Shown here piece by piece: positions 17,110 through 26,230 of a stretch of 64,000 nucleotides of DNA. Position numbers and translations under genes: made by a program. Every line of letters starts with the position of its first letter. The stretch's first letter is position 1. The notes under the pieces are model-generated. The model made no database searches. It was not told the DNA's origin and was given only the letters and a program-made list of their open reading frames with translations. Source of the DNA: a virus; the IMG/VR virus record IMGVR_UViG_3300045988_148502, one strand, 5' to 3'.

Positions 17110-19806
17110 ATGATTAAAGAAATAAAATACAACGGGTATTCTGCCAACCCATCGGACTATGAGTGCGCCGATGGGGACTTGGCAACATCGATAGGTGTTA
17201 TTCCCGAAAACGGTGCACTTAAACCCATATTGCCGCCATCCGAAGTATTACAATTCAAAGGTGGTGATTCGGTTATGTATATTCATAAATCGGCTAACTT
17301 CAAGCACTATATCATCTTTAACAACAATTCTATCAGTTGGTGGAATGGTTCTGACGCACATCAGCCTGTTTTTCTTCGTTCATTTAACGAGGTATATCAG
17401 GTAACAGCTATTGGCAATACGCTTCTCATCTTGTCAACTGACGGTATGCATTATTTTCTATGGAAAGGAAATAATGACGGATATTTATATCTTGGTACAA
17501 AAATACCTGAATGCCCACTTTCATTTGGGTTGCAGGGTGAAATGGTTCGGACAGATGAATTTTCAATATCATTTGATGCTATTAGTGAAGGCAGCATTTG
17601 GAATGAATTCTCTGATAACAATAAAACGCGAATTACAGACCAAGTACTTGCCCATATCAATAAATTTATTGCTGAAAGGTCTACAAATAAGGGCAAATTC
17701 ATTTTTCCTTTCTTTGTAAGATACGCCTATCGGCTATACGATGGAACATTGACAATGCACTCGGCTCCGATTCTGATGATTGCTTCATCAGACCTTGCAC
17801 CGCAAGTTTTTTGGACACACCTGACGGGAAAGGGAAAGTATACAGATGCGCAACTTCGAATATGTGGAATGATACACGACCTTGATTGTGCCGTTGTTCT
17901 TCAGTCTCGCCTTGATATGCTTAAAAATTGGAAAGATATAGTTCGATCTGTTGATGTGTTTGTTTCAAAACCTATTTATACTTATGACCAAAACGGAAAA
18001 TGTACAAGATTTGCACAATCGGAAAACTATAATTCTTATTGTGTATGCAAACATATAAATCAAGCAGCTTCTACCTCCAAATTTCCAATTCGTTATCAAC
18101 ATCATACATTCAATAAACTATATGCCTTTACATTTGACCCCAACGGACTGACTTATCCAAGTGGACGTTTGATGATTCCTCGTAGAAGTATTGATGATGT
18201 AAAAGAGGATATTCGTTCAACATCGCAATTCTACCTGCTTGAAAGTCTCCGTATTGAACAACTTTCCACTACACGTACAAAACTGGTAATCGAAGAAGAT
18301 TATCTACAGTCATTGGTAACACGAGAAGTTATGACAGATGATTATGACAGTCATGATAAATTGCTTCCACATTATTCGTTTGTTTATAATTCAAGACTTA
18401 ACATCGCAAACATTCAAAAAGAATTATATAACTTGTATAACACAGGAGCGATGATTACATATACCAACGGATATGTTGCTAATTTTGATGGAATGTCCCC
18501 TACTTATTTTGATGGAACAATGCCTGTTTCTGTATACTTCTATATCAAGCAGGATGGTCGGGACATAGTGGTCAATGGAGAATCTTATCAAGCGTCAATA
18601 TTGGATCCGCCATTGCTGTTTTTGTTCTACCCTAATATAAACGCATACAAAGCAGTTATTGTGACGCATTATGGATTACCACAATATTATGAAGTGCCAC
18701 TTGAACAGCACAAATTCCTTAACGGAGCTTTTTATTTTGCCGGTTGGGAAAATCCTCCGACAGGACTTAGTGATTATCCTACAGCAAGTCCCCGTGAACA
18801 GCGAATAATTGATTTACCGAACAAAATATACACATCGGAAATCAATAATCCATTTCACTTTCCGGTTCTCGGTATCAATACAATAGGTACTGGCACTATT
18901 CTTGGTATATCTTCAGCTGTAAAAGCTTTATCAGAGGGACAGTTCGGTCAGTTTCCACTTTATGCTTTTACATCAGAAGGTGTATGGGCCTTAGAAGTAT
19001 CAAATACGGGATCATACTCAGCACGGCAACCTGTAACACGGGAGGTTTGTATAAATACGAACAGTATCACACAAATTGATAATGCAGTGCTGTTTGCCAC
19101 CAATAGAGGTATTATGCTGATAAGTGGTTCTACTGTGCAGTGCATATCAGAAAGTTTAAATGCGGAAGATTTGTTTTCTATTTCTGATTTGCCAAGATCG
19201 GATAAACTTCTATCAGTTTATAATGGAAAAGCAAGCGAAAATGAACGAACGGCTCTTGACGATATTGCTATGATTCCGTTTTTTGATTTTCTTGCCGCTT
19301 GCCGGATGATATATGATTATACCAATCAGCATATCATTGTGTATAACCCGGCTGTACGCTATGCTTATGTGTTTTCGTTGAAGTCAAAGCTTTGGGGAAT
19401 GATGCTGTCAGACATAGTGAACAATGTCAATTCGTATCCGGAAGCATTAGCAATGGCTGACGGAAACAGACTTGTGGATTTTTCTACATCATCTGCTGAA
19501 AACATAACGGCATTAGTGGTTACCCGCCCTTTCAAAATGGATGAGCCAGATGTGTTCAAGACGATAGATACCATCATTCAACGTGGATATTTTAAGTCGG
19601 GACATGTAGTACAAGTACTGTACGGTTCGAATGATTTGTTTAATTGGCATACTGTATGGAGCAGTACAGACAAATATATGCGTGGTTTCAGAGGAACACC
19701 GTACAAAGCATTTAGAATTGCACTCATTTGTACACTTGACAAATCCGAAAGCCTGTTAGGATTTAGTGTCCAGTTCAATCCCCGTATGCTCAACAGACTA
19801 CGATAA
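17110..19806 (+). CDS. Large hypothetical protein (898 aa), possibly virion-associated
   Basis: Long ORF. The ATG at 17110 follows the stop of the upstream gene. No motif recognised. Confidence 0.65.
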   Translation: MIKEIKYNGYSANPSDYECADGDLATSIGVIPENGALKPILPPSEVLQFKGGDSVMYIHKSANFKHYIIFNNNSISWWNGSDAHQPVFLRSFNEVYQVTAIGNTLLILSTDGMHYFLWKGNNDGYLYLGTKIPECPLSFGLQGEMVRTDEFSISFDAISEGSIWNEFSDNNKTRITDQVLAHINKFIAERSTNKGKFIFPFFVRYAYRLYDGTLTMHSAPILMIASSDLAPQVFWTHLTGKGKYTDAQLRICGMIHDLDCAVVLQSRLDMLKNWKDIVRSVDVFVSKPIYTYDQNGKCTRFAQSENYNSYCVCKHINQAASTSKFPIRYQHHTFNKLYAFTFDPNGLTYPSGRLMIPRRSIDDVKEDIRSTSQFYLLESLRIEQLSTTRTKLVIEEDYLQSLVTREVMTDDYDSHDKLLPHYSFVYNSRLNIANIQKELYNLYNTGAMITYTNGYVANFDGMSPTYFDGTMPVSVYFYIKQDGRDIVVNGESYQASILDPPLLFLFYPNINAYKAVIVTHYGLPQYYEVPLEQHKFLNGAFYFAGWENPPTGLSDYPTASPREQRIIDLPNKIYTSEINNPFHFPVLGINTIGTGTILGISSAVKALSEGQFGQFPLYAFTSEGVWALEVSNTGSYSARQPVTREVCINTNSITQIDNAVLFATNRGIMLISGSTVQCISESLNAEDLFSISDLPRSDKLLSVYNGKASENERTALDDIAMIPFFDFLAACRMIYDYTNQHIIVYNPAVRYAYVFSLKSKLWGMMLSDIVNNVNSYPEALAMADGNRLVDFSTSSAENITALVVTRPFKMDEPDVFKTIDTIIQRGYFKSGHVVQVLYGSNDLFNWHTVWSSTDKYMRGFRGTPYKAFRIALICTLDKSESLLGFSVQFNPRMLNRLR

Positions 19807-19860
19807 ATGAAACATATAGGTCAGTTATTTTTAAGGTTATCAGATTGTTTATAAGGAGAA

Positions 19861-19891
19861 AGAGCCGGTATGCGTGATGCACCCCGGCTCT
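19861..19891. terminator. Bidirectional stem-loop between convergent gene blocks
   Basis: AGAGCCGG (19861-19868) pairs with CCGGCTCT (19884-19891). Lies between the + gene ending at 19806 and the - gene ending at 19901. Confidence 0.55.
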
Positions 19892-19900
19892 TGTCTATTC

Positions 19901-20446
19901 TTAAAACGGTTTTAGTTTTCGTCTTATCTTGCCTTTTCGTGAAACAAGGGAAGTCTGTATCTTGATTCGGATATTTCGGGCTTTATCTTCCCAGTTGGCT
20001 TGGCTGCCTGGATTTGTTATGCTCATCCAGTCGGCAAGGACCTTGCAGACCATATATTCGTGTATCAGATGTTTCAGCAACTTCACGGTAGACAATGAAA
20101 ATTCCACAGGCAAAACAAGGGTTATGAGGTATTCTTCCGGCACGGTCATAACATTATCAAGGGGTTCCTGCTTATCGGAAATTTCTTCTTTCGTATAAGG
20201 AAACAACATTTCCACGCATTCAGAATGTACGAGGTTAAGTATTCTCGTAACTCTGTCCACATTACCGTCCTGACCGATGTCGAATACTTGATGTCTGGCG
20301 TGTTCATCTTCCGCTTGCATAATGTCGCCCTCTACAAAAGAATAATTCTCCGCATCGTAAAGCAGTTCTTCCCTTTTAAACACAAGTGTTACCGCTTTTG
20401 TTTTAGACTGGCTGTTTTGACAATATACCATAGGCTTGAACATCAA
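19901..20446 (-). CDS. Hypothetical structural-module protein, paralog 3 of 3 (181 aa)
   Basis: Shares its C-terminal pattern (L.L.lp..f...ih.Y.v...W...t.p..a) with the two upstream genes. Confidence 0.6.
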   Translation of the reverse strand: MMFKPMVYCQNSQSKTKAVTLVFKREELLYDAENYSFVEGDIMQAEDEHARHQVFDIGQDGNVDRVTRILNLVHSECVEMLFPYTKEEISDKQEPLDNVMTVPEEYLITLVLPVEFSLSTVKLLKHLIHEYMVCKVLADWMSITNPGSQANWEDKARNIRIKIQTSLVSRKGKIRRKLKPF

Positions 20447-20959
20447 TTAATCATAAGTCGGTCTTTCCGGACGGCTGCGTTTGTAGAGTGCACGCTTCAC
20501 GTTTTCAAGACTCACCCCGGAGTGTTGTATATACGCATTGGCATCTTCCGGACTGGTTATGGCAAACCACTCTCCAAGTGCCATATCTACAAGATATGAA
20601 TGTATGCCATTTCCCAGTGCGTCCGCCGAAGCGTTGTTATAGTTAGACGGAAGCAAAAACTCCAATGAAAGTTTACCGTTATTATCTATCTCTTCATCCA
20701 TCAGGTTATCGCTTGTTGTATTATCCTCATTGAGATACTCTCCAAGCAGACTTTTTAAAGAGGAAAAGGCATTGGCCAACGAACGACGTATCTGATAGCT
20801 GTTTTCATCGTCATCACTTGCTTGCATATTGGATGCGACTTGATAGCTCTTGCCGGCCGCTTCTCGTGCCTGTCCCGTCAAATACGCTTTGTTCTGAATA
20901 TCATAGACAAGTTCTTTGACCTGTTGTGTCACGGTTAATGTTTTCTTATTTTCTGCCAT
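20447..20959 (-). CDS. Hypothetical structural-module protein, paralog 2 of 3 (170 aa)
   Basis: C-terminus ...YKRSRPERPTYD parallels ...FKRKPMRPTYE of the upstream gene. Confidence 0.6.
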   Translation of the reverse strand: MAENKKTLTVTQQVKELVYDIQNKAYLTGQAREAAGKSYQVASNMQASDDDENSYQIRRSLANAFSSLKSLLGEYLNEDNTTSDNLMDEEIDNNGKLSLEFLLPSNYNNASADALGNGIHSYLVDMALGEWFAITSPEDANAYIQHSGVSLENVKRALYKRSRPERPTYD

Positions 20960-20977
20960 AATATTTTGAATTAATGA

Positions 20978-21427
20978 TTATTCGTATGTCGGGCGCATGG
21001 GCTTTCTTTTGAAAAATGCCTTACGCATTATATCCTCCATATAGGTAGCAGCTTCCGTTGCATATCCGGCAGCTTCTTCCTTATTGGTAAACGTGTACCA
21101 CTTTGCAGTGACATTCATCACGAAGAATGAAAACAAGCTACGCTGCATACTTTCTTTTAGAGCTTCATCGAATGAATTCGACAGCCCCAACGAAAGCCTG
21201 TATTCACTGTCAGCTTCCGTTTCGTCAAGAAGCATTTTCTTTAAACTGTTGCATATGGTATTCTTACTCTCGCACCAAAAACGTTCAAGCATGCTTTTAT
21301 CCTCATCCGTCGTAAATATACGATCGTAGGCAAGCTCATCATCCATTTTCGCACCGGTGTACGATGTGGTCTTTGCTACCTCTTCATATACTTTTTCCTT
21401 ATTGACCGTTAATATAATATCTATCAT
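20978..21427 (-). CDS. Hypothetical structural-module protein, paralog 1 of 3 (149 aa)
   Basis: See the two paralog entries above. Confidence 0.6.
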   Translation of the reverse strand: MIDIILTVNKEKVYEEVAKTTSYTGAKMDDELAYDRIFTTDEDKSMLERFWCESKNTICNSLKKMLLDETEADSEYRLSLGLSNSFDEALKESMQRSLFSFFVMNVTAKWYTFTNKEEAAGYATEAATYMEDIMRKAFFKRKPMRPTYE

Positions 21428-21429
21428 AA

Positions 21430-21978
21430 TCAGAAATCAAACAAATTATACGATAAACCTACACTAAGACATGGAGAAAATTGCGGCGTTTCTCTCAGTG
21501 TTATTCCATATCCTACCTGTAGACTGATACTGAACTTTTTCTTCTTGGGTTTGGGATAATTACCTGTTACGGTCATTATATCACGCCCGGCAAAAAGTAT
21601 CAGGCTGTCAAGTTGTGGATGAAAGCCACTTACATAAGCCCGATATGTGTCTGTTTCATACATCTTCTGCGTAATGGGGATTTCAACCTCAACACTGTCT
21701 TTGTCTTTATTTGGAGGTTTAGTCGTATCTGCTACGTCCGGAGTCTGTTTCGTACTATCCGGTTTTGCAGTAGGAAGAATCTGCGTGATGTATTTAATAA
21801 CGGTACTATCCTTGGGTACAGGCTTGTAATAGGGTATGGTATCGAAAACAGTTATTCTTGTGGTATCATTTATAGGTAACTTTTTATTCGATATGCAAAA
21901 ACGCACATTAAAAAACAGTGATGTGAAAAATAATACCACAAACAATATTGCTACAATATCTTTAAACCATTTTACCAT
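21430..21978 (-). CDS. N-terminally anchored membrane protein (182 aa), possibly a lysis accessory or spanin-like protein
   Basis: Transmembrane segment IVAILFVVLFFTSLFFNV. Lies immediately downstream of the amidase. Confidence 0.5.
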   Translation of the reverse strand: MVKWFKDIVAILFVVLFFTSLFFNVRFCISNKKLPINDTTRITVFDTIPYYKPVPKDSTVIKYITQILPTAKPDSTKQTPDVADTTKPPNKDKDSVEVEIPITQKMYETDTYRAYVSGFHPQLDSLILFAGRDIMTVTGNYPKPKKKKFSISLQVGYGITLRETPQFSPCLSVGLSYNLFDF

Positions 21979-22567
21979 ACTTCTGAATATATCTGGTTAT
22001 TGCCTCTACATGGGTTTTAACAATAGCTTGTTTGCCTTCTTCGGAACAAAGGTACAGGACATCATCCTTGTTATCCTGAAAAAAGTTTTCCGTAAGTACA
22101 GCCGGGCATTTTGTCTTACTCAAAATATAGAAGTTTTCTTCCCAGTCAGGATCGTCGTCAGAATTATCTTTGCGTATTCTTTGACTGATAAAGTTTTTTT
22201 CAGCTTCTTCATACAAGAAAGTTGCCAGTTTATCAGCCTTTGTCTTGCCTTTCGATGTATAAGCGCTCCATCCTCTTGCGTTCATCCATTCTGCACCGTT
22301 TCCGGCAGCATTGCAGTGGATAGAAACAAGAACTACATTGGCCGTTCCATATCGTCCGCAAACTTCGTTTACACGCCTTGCACGTTCTGATAGTGGAACA
22401 TCTACTGTTTCCCGAACAATGCGTTCGGCATCATAACCTCTTGCGGAAAGTTCATGTGCTATTCTATTTGCAATTTCACGTGCATAAGCATATTCACGCA
22501 ACGAACCGTCAGGACTACGTTTTCCGGGAGTGTTTTCACCATGCCCGTTATCAATCAATATCTTCAT
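21962..22567 (-). CDS. N-acetylmuramoyl-L-alanine amidase (Amidase_3-type endolysin, 201 aa)
   Basis: MKILIDNGHGENTPGKRSPDG, VSIHCNAAG and VLTENFFQDN match the amidase_3 zinc-site pattern. Confidence 0.9.
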   Translation of the reverse strand: MKILIDNGHGENTPGKRSPDGSLREYAYAREIANRIAHELSARGYDAERIVRETVDVPLSERARRVNEVCGRYGTANVVLVSIHCNAAGNGAEWMNARGWSAYTSKGKTKADKLATFLYEEAEKNFISQRIRKDNSDDDPDWEENFYILSKTKCPAVLTENFFQDNKDDVLYLCSEEGKQAIVKTHVEAITRYIQKYGKMV

Positions 22568-22581
22568 ACTTATTTATTTGG

Positions 22582-22941
22582 TTAATATTCACTTGGTGGG
22601 ACGCGGTCTGCACAACCATGTTTATTGCATTTCCGGAATTCCAGTGCTTGATTCTGAACGGCAAGCTCGCTGTTCTTTTCGCTTAGCTCGCGGATAGCGT
22701 CACGATACTTGGTTATCTCGGCGTAAAGGTGGTCAATTTTGGCGTCCAGTTCGACAACTCGCTTTTCCTTCTTCTCGTACAATTCTTTCCATTCAGCAGC
22801 ATAAGCTGTGATGTTATCTGCTTCGGTTTTTTCAGCCTCGGCATCTGCCTTTTTCTTTTTGCTTCTAAGCAATAACAAGGGCAATATAACTAATGTGATG
22901 AGCGAACCGACAACTTGGATAATCGTGCTTAGTTGTTCCAT
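22582..22941 (-). CDS. Membrane-anchored coiled-coil protein (119 aa), holin- or spanin-like
   Basis: N-terminal transmembrane segment VVGSLITLVILPLLLL followed by a charged coiled-coil. Lies in the lysis cassette. Confidence 0.5.
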   Translation of the reverse strand: MEQLSTIIQVVGSLITLVILPLLLLRSKKKKADAEAEKTEADNITAYAAEWKELYEKKEKRVVELDAKIDHLYAEITKYRDAIRELSEKNSELAVQNQALEFRKCNKHGCADRVPPSEY

Positions 22942-23174
22942 ATTAAAGTTCCTTCTATTAGTTGTCCTATCATTGCTCCGGCTACTGTAAGACCAAAGTC
23001 AATCCAATCCCATCTACCGCCATGCACCTTGTCTTTATATTCCAAAGCACCTGCTGTCAAAACTCCGGCATACATTGCGGTAAACCAACCAAATGCAAAA
23101 ATGCCGATAATCAGTCCTCCTATGAGGTGTTTCCACCTGTTACTCATTCCGAGCCATTCAATCAACTTTTTCAT
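22929..23174 (-). CDS. Putative holin (81 aa, two to three transmembrane segments)
   Basis: Hydrophobic segments LIGGLIIGIFAFGWFTAMYAGVL and FGLTVAGAMIGQL. Adjacent to the endolysin. Confidence 0.5.
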   Translation of the reverse strand: MKKLIEWLGMSNRWKHLIGGLIIGIFAFGWFTAMYAGVLTAGALEYKDKVHGGRWDWIDFGLTVAGAMIGQLIEGTLIWNN

Positions 23175-23664
23175 CGTTATTACTTTTTAAATTAAATACC
23201 GTCCAATCCACTTCATCCTTTTCTTTCCACCCTTCCTGAACAGTCTTTATCACATAGGCGCACGCTGCTTGGGAGAACGCAATAAAATCATCTGCATTCT
23301 CGAAAGTATGATAGATGGGCGTACCATCTTCCTGTTCATTGATTTTTAGAATAAGCGGATAAGGAATCTTTTCACTACGTTCTATAGCGGAAAAGTTTAA
23401 TTGGTTTTCGGGTGAAAGATATACTGCTTTCCCGTTCCAGACAAAGCCGTTTATAATCTTTTCCTCCGTAGCCGTGTTTATAGCGGACACAACAAGTTCC
23501 TTGACTTCGGAAAGTGTGGGTTTATGGTCGAATGTATGCCGGTACTCCCAGCCATTCTCACTATTCTCATCATCTTTCCCGAAGCCATAAAACAGTATCC
23601 ACTTGGAGCGTCCTGTACGTACAAGACAATCCTGCCGCTTCTTTGTGCCGTAAATCTTTTCCAT
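23158..23664 (-). CDS. DUF4376-like phage protein (168 aa)
   Basis: Segment GFVWNGKAVYLSPENQLNFSA...DADDFIAFSQAACAYV resembles the DUF4376 pattern of fibre-associated proteins. Recall only. Confidence 0.4.
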   Translation of the reverse strand: MEKIYGTKKRQDCLVRTGRSKWILFYGFGKDDENSENGWEYRHTFDHKPTLSEVKELVVSAINTATEEKIINGFVWNGKAVYLSPENQLNFSAIERSEKIPYPLILKINEQEDGTPIYHTFENADDFIAFSQAACAYVIKTVQEGWKEKDEVDWTVFNLKSNNDEKVD

Positions 23665-23731
23665 TGCATGAATTTTGATTTACGACAAAAGTAGCGGATA
23701 CCGAGCGGATTAGTATGTTATCTTTTTCCCG

Positions 23732-25222
23732 TCAGGTAAAATTGTATTTTCGTTTGCCTCCGTCAAACATTTCACATTTGAGAACTGTTTCAAATGGAAA
23801 GCCGTCCTCAATATCGCTGATTTGGTCAAGAATACCTTTCATCTCAACCGATGCAGTAAAGAACTTTCCCCATTCTTGAGTCCTGGGATTGCGGAACGAT
23901 ACCAGATAACGGTCTTCCCCCTCTTTGGTGTCTATTCCTGTTTCAAAATCATGTATCTCAATTGGAATATTTACGATGTCGCTCAAACGCATAACCTTGC
24001 CGGGAAAGCGTTTTTTTCCATCTGCTGGAGTGTACGTAACACCCATTTCGGAAAATTTCTTCATGTTGTTCTTGGTAAGTATATAAAATAAATGTTTGCA
24101 ATCTGCATGGCAGGCCATACCCTTGAATGAACCGATTATTTGCTGTCTCCGTTTCCGTGATTTAATCTTGGAAAGTTTTCGGGCTGCATTTACTTTTGTC
24201 CGTTTTCGTAGCAATGTATAGTCGCCGTAGTTGACAAAGCCAAGGGCATCCATACCGGAGGATATGGGAGCCACTTTTTCGCTTGGTTTTATTGTCAGCC
24301 CTATTTGAGCTGCTTCATAGTGTAGTTTGTCCCGCAATTTCCACAAATCACGTTTACTCTCACCGAGAATAAAGATGTCATCACAAAAACGGAAGTAATG
24401 TTTTGCACCATATTCATCAATCATCCGGTGATCAATATCATTATGGTAAAGGTTTCCAAAGAATTGTGAGGAACGCAGTCCTTTGCTTATGCCATGCTTC
24501 CCGTTGGGATATAGTGCTTTGACAAAATTTTCAAGAATAGGCAATAAGACAGGGTCTCCGACATATCGCCTGATTGTGGAGATTAATATATCATGGTCAA
24601 TACTGTCATAATATCCTTTATAATCGCTTTGATAATAATAGTGTATATTGGGGTTCTCTGCCAATGTATCCTGCACCTGATGGAACAGACCATGCGGTCC
24701 GCGTCCTTGTATGGATGCAGCCGTTGTTTCTATCAATAGGGGTGAAAGATGCTTTTCCAACGGCTCCATAATCGCATTGCTTCCAATACGCTCTATGACT
24801 GACGGGGCTTGCACAATTCTTACTTTCGGTCCGTCATCCACAGTAAACGACTTGAGGTTCTTTATACGGAATGTGCCGTTACCTATCTGTTCTTTCAGCG
24901 CATCAAGTATCTTATGCTTGTTTTTTACATAACGGGCCATTCTTGGTGAACATTCAATGCCATCTATTACAGCTATCTCTCTTTGCCGATTTCCGCTTCG
25001 GGTATCTGCACTTCTCAGATTTGCCATGACACGCTTGAATGACCTTTCCAAATTCTCATCGGATATAATCTCCGGTATGAGATTATATAACGGATAACAG
25101 ACCGCAGTTGCAGCTACGGCCGGTTGGAATAAATCGTATATATCGCTGACCGCCTTCCGGTCTCGTGGGGAGTGGTCCAACCTCTCCCCACATGTGGTTA
25201 AAGATATGTTCCGGCTTTCCAT
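23732..25222 (-). CDS. DGR-type reverse transcriptase (496 aa) with a C-terminal extension
   Basis: YxDD box FRFCDDIFILG. DGR-typical GLRSSQFFGNLY motif. Lies directly downstream of the template repeat. Confidence 0.9.
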   Translation of the reverse strand: MESRNISLTTCGERLDHSPRDRKAVSDIYDLFQPAVAATAVCYPLYNLIPEIISDENLERSFKRVMANLRSADTRSGNRQREIAVIDGIECSPRMARYVKNKHKILDALKEQIGNGTFRIKNLKSFTVDDGPKVRIVQAPSVIERIGSNAIMEPLEKHLSPLLIETTAASIQGRGPHGLFHQVQDTLAENPNIHYYYQSDYKGYYDSIDHDILISTIRRYVGDPVLLPILENFVKALYPNGKHGISKGLRSSQFFGNLYHNDIDHRMIDEYGAKHYFRFCDDIFILGESKRDLWKLRDKLHYEAAQIGLTIKPSEKVAPISSGMDALGFVNYGDYTLLRKRTKVNAARKLSKIKSRKRRQQIIGSFKGMACHADCKHLFYILTKNNMKKFSEMGVTYTPADGKKRFPGKVMRLSDIVNIPIEIHDFETGIDTKEGEDRYLVSFRNPRTQEWGKFFTASVEMKGILDQISDIEDGFPFETVLKCEMFDGGKRKYNFT

Positions 25223-25325
25223 TAATAAATATATATTATCATGCTGTTGCCGAGGCTCGAATCCCTCGGAGAATGGCGGTGGTAATCTCGTACCTGTGCA
25301 GGGTCTCCGATTAATTTAACCAACA

Positions 25326-25441
25326 GAATTTCAGACGCGCCCCGTAGTTCGTGTTCGAGTTCGATGAAGCGTTGTTCGCGTTCGCATAAGCGAGACCGCT
25401 GTTCGCATTCGAGTTGTTGCCGGACCGCAAAACACAACGGC
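25326..25441 (-). repeat. DGR template repeat (TR), 116 nt
   Basis: 99/116 identical to 26338-26453. All 17 differences are T on the + strand, which is A on the coding strand. The TR in the VR reading frame is rich in AAC/AAT codons. Confidence 0.9.
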
Positions 25442-25468
25442 GCGAGGGATTGTCCGCCTTTTATTTTT

Positions 25469-25780
25469 TTAAAGAGTTATGCTTCCTAAACCGGAAATAC
25501 TCAAAGACGCCTTCATACCCATGGCCTTAAACACTCGCGCAATGGTGGAAAGGGTCAGATTACGTCCGCTTTCTATCTTGGATACTTGTGAACGCTGTAC
25601 ACCGATTTTTTGTGCCAATTCCTCTTGGGTCATGTTTTGGGATTTACGGGCTTTTTTTATGGCTTCCCCAATCAAAAATGATTGCAATTCAGCTTCATAC
25701 TTATCCCTGTGCGGTGTACCGACCTCACCTATATGTTTATCCTTAACTTCATCAAGGGTATAAAATTTAATTGCTTCCAT
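25469..25780 (-). CDS. higA: XRE-family HTH antitoxin (HigA-like, 103 aa)
   Basis: HTH segment MTQEELAQKIGVQRSQVSKIESGRNLTLSTIARV. Lies 4 nt downstream of the toxin gene. Confidence 0.75.
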   Translation of the reverse strand: MEAIKFYTLDEVKDKHIGEVGTPHRDKYEAELQSFLIGEAIKKARKSQNMTQEELAQKIGVQRSQVSKIESGRNLTLSTIARVFKAMGMKASLSISGLGSITL

Positions 25781-25784
25781 ATAC

Positions 25785-26129
25785 TTATTTTTTTGAGTTG
25801 AAATATAATATTCTGACGGCTTCCGCCTTGTTTATCTCTTTGCGTGGGGTCTTTTGTGTTTTCTTCACAAATCCATGCGTGGCAATGACCAACGTTTCCG
25901 CGTCGGTGTCCCAAAAAGCCAACAGACGATATTGAATACCTTTATACAGGGTGCGAAACTCCCAAATGTCAGTATCATCTAATTTCTTGAATAAATCTTT
26001 GTCCATATAACCATTGGCTACCTTATCTACATTATAGATAATTTTATCCTTAACGTCTTGGCGCAGAGTGTCAAGAAATGCATCGGCTTCACTCGACATT
26101 ATTACTTTGAATCTCGTTTTCAATTCCAT
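25785..26129 (-). CDS. higB: RelE/HigB-superfamily toxin (Gp49-like, 114 aa)
   Basis: WEFRTLYKGIQYRLLAFWDTD...LVIATHGFVKKTQKTPRKEINKAE matches the Gp49/HigB signature (HGF.KKTQKTP..EI). Confidence 0.75.
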   Translation of the reverse strand: MELKTRFKVIMSSEADAFLDTLRQDVKDKIIYNVDKVANGYMDKDLFKKLDDTDIWEFRTLYKGIQYRLLAFWDTDAETLVIATHGFVKKTQKTPRKEINKAEAVRILYFNSKK

Positions 26130-26230
26130 ATCTTATATCATTCACAATGCAAATATAGTGAAAATGTTCTATATATGGAACGTTTTACAGACAAAAATAC
26201 AACCACATAAAAATTAGTTTCAAAAATCGA

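Noticed and set aside
21836-22390. 184-aa + strand ORF opposite the amidase and membrane-protein genes
   Set aside because: It is antisense to a very confidently identified endolysin. Its composition is Phe/Ile/Cys-rich, as expected for a spurious ORF.
23732-25222. Reverse transcriptase as a retron, group II intron or defence-associated RT
   Set aside because: The adjacent TR/VR pair with adenine-only mismatches and the SQ-containing motif identify it as a DGR RT. I saw no intron maturase or endonuclease domains and no msr/msd-like inverted repeats.
25222-25437. 71-aa ORF over the TR and the 86-aa ORF 26315..26575 over the VR, which resemble each other
   Set aside because: Their similarity simply reflects the TR/VR nucleotide repeat read in a non-target frame. 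The TR acts as an RNA template, and the VR is read in the fibre gene frame.
26130-26230. Possible promoter for the toxin-antitoxin pair (TATATTTG on the - strand at 26150-26157)
   Set aside because: The -7-like motif is present, but I found no convincing TTTG -33 element at the expected spacing. The evidence is too weak to annotate as a feature.
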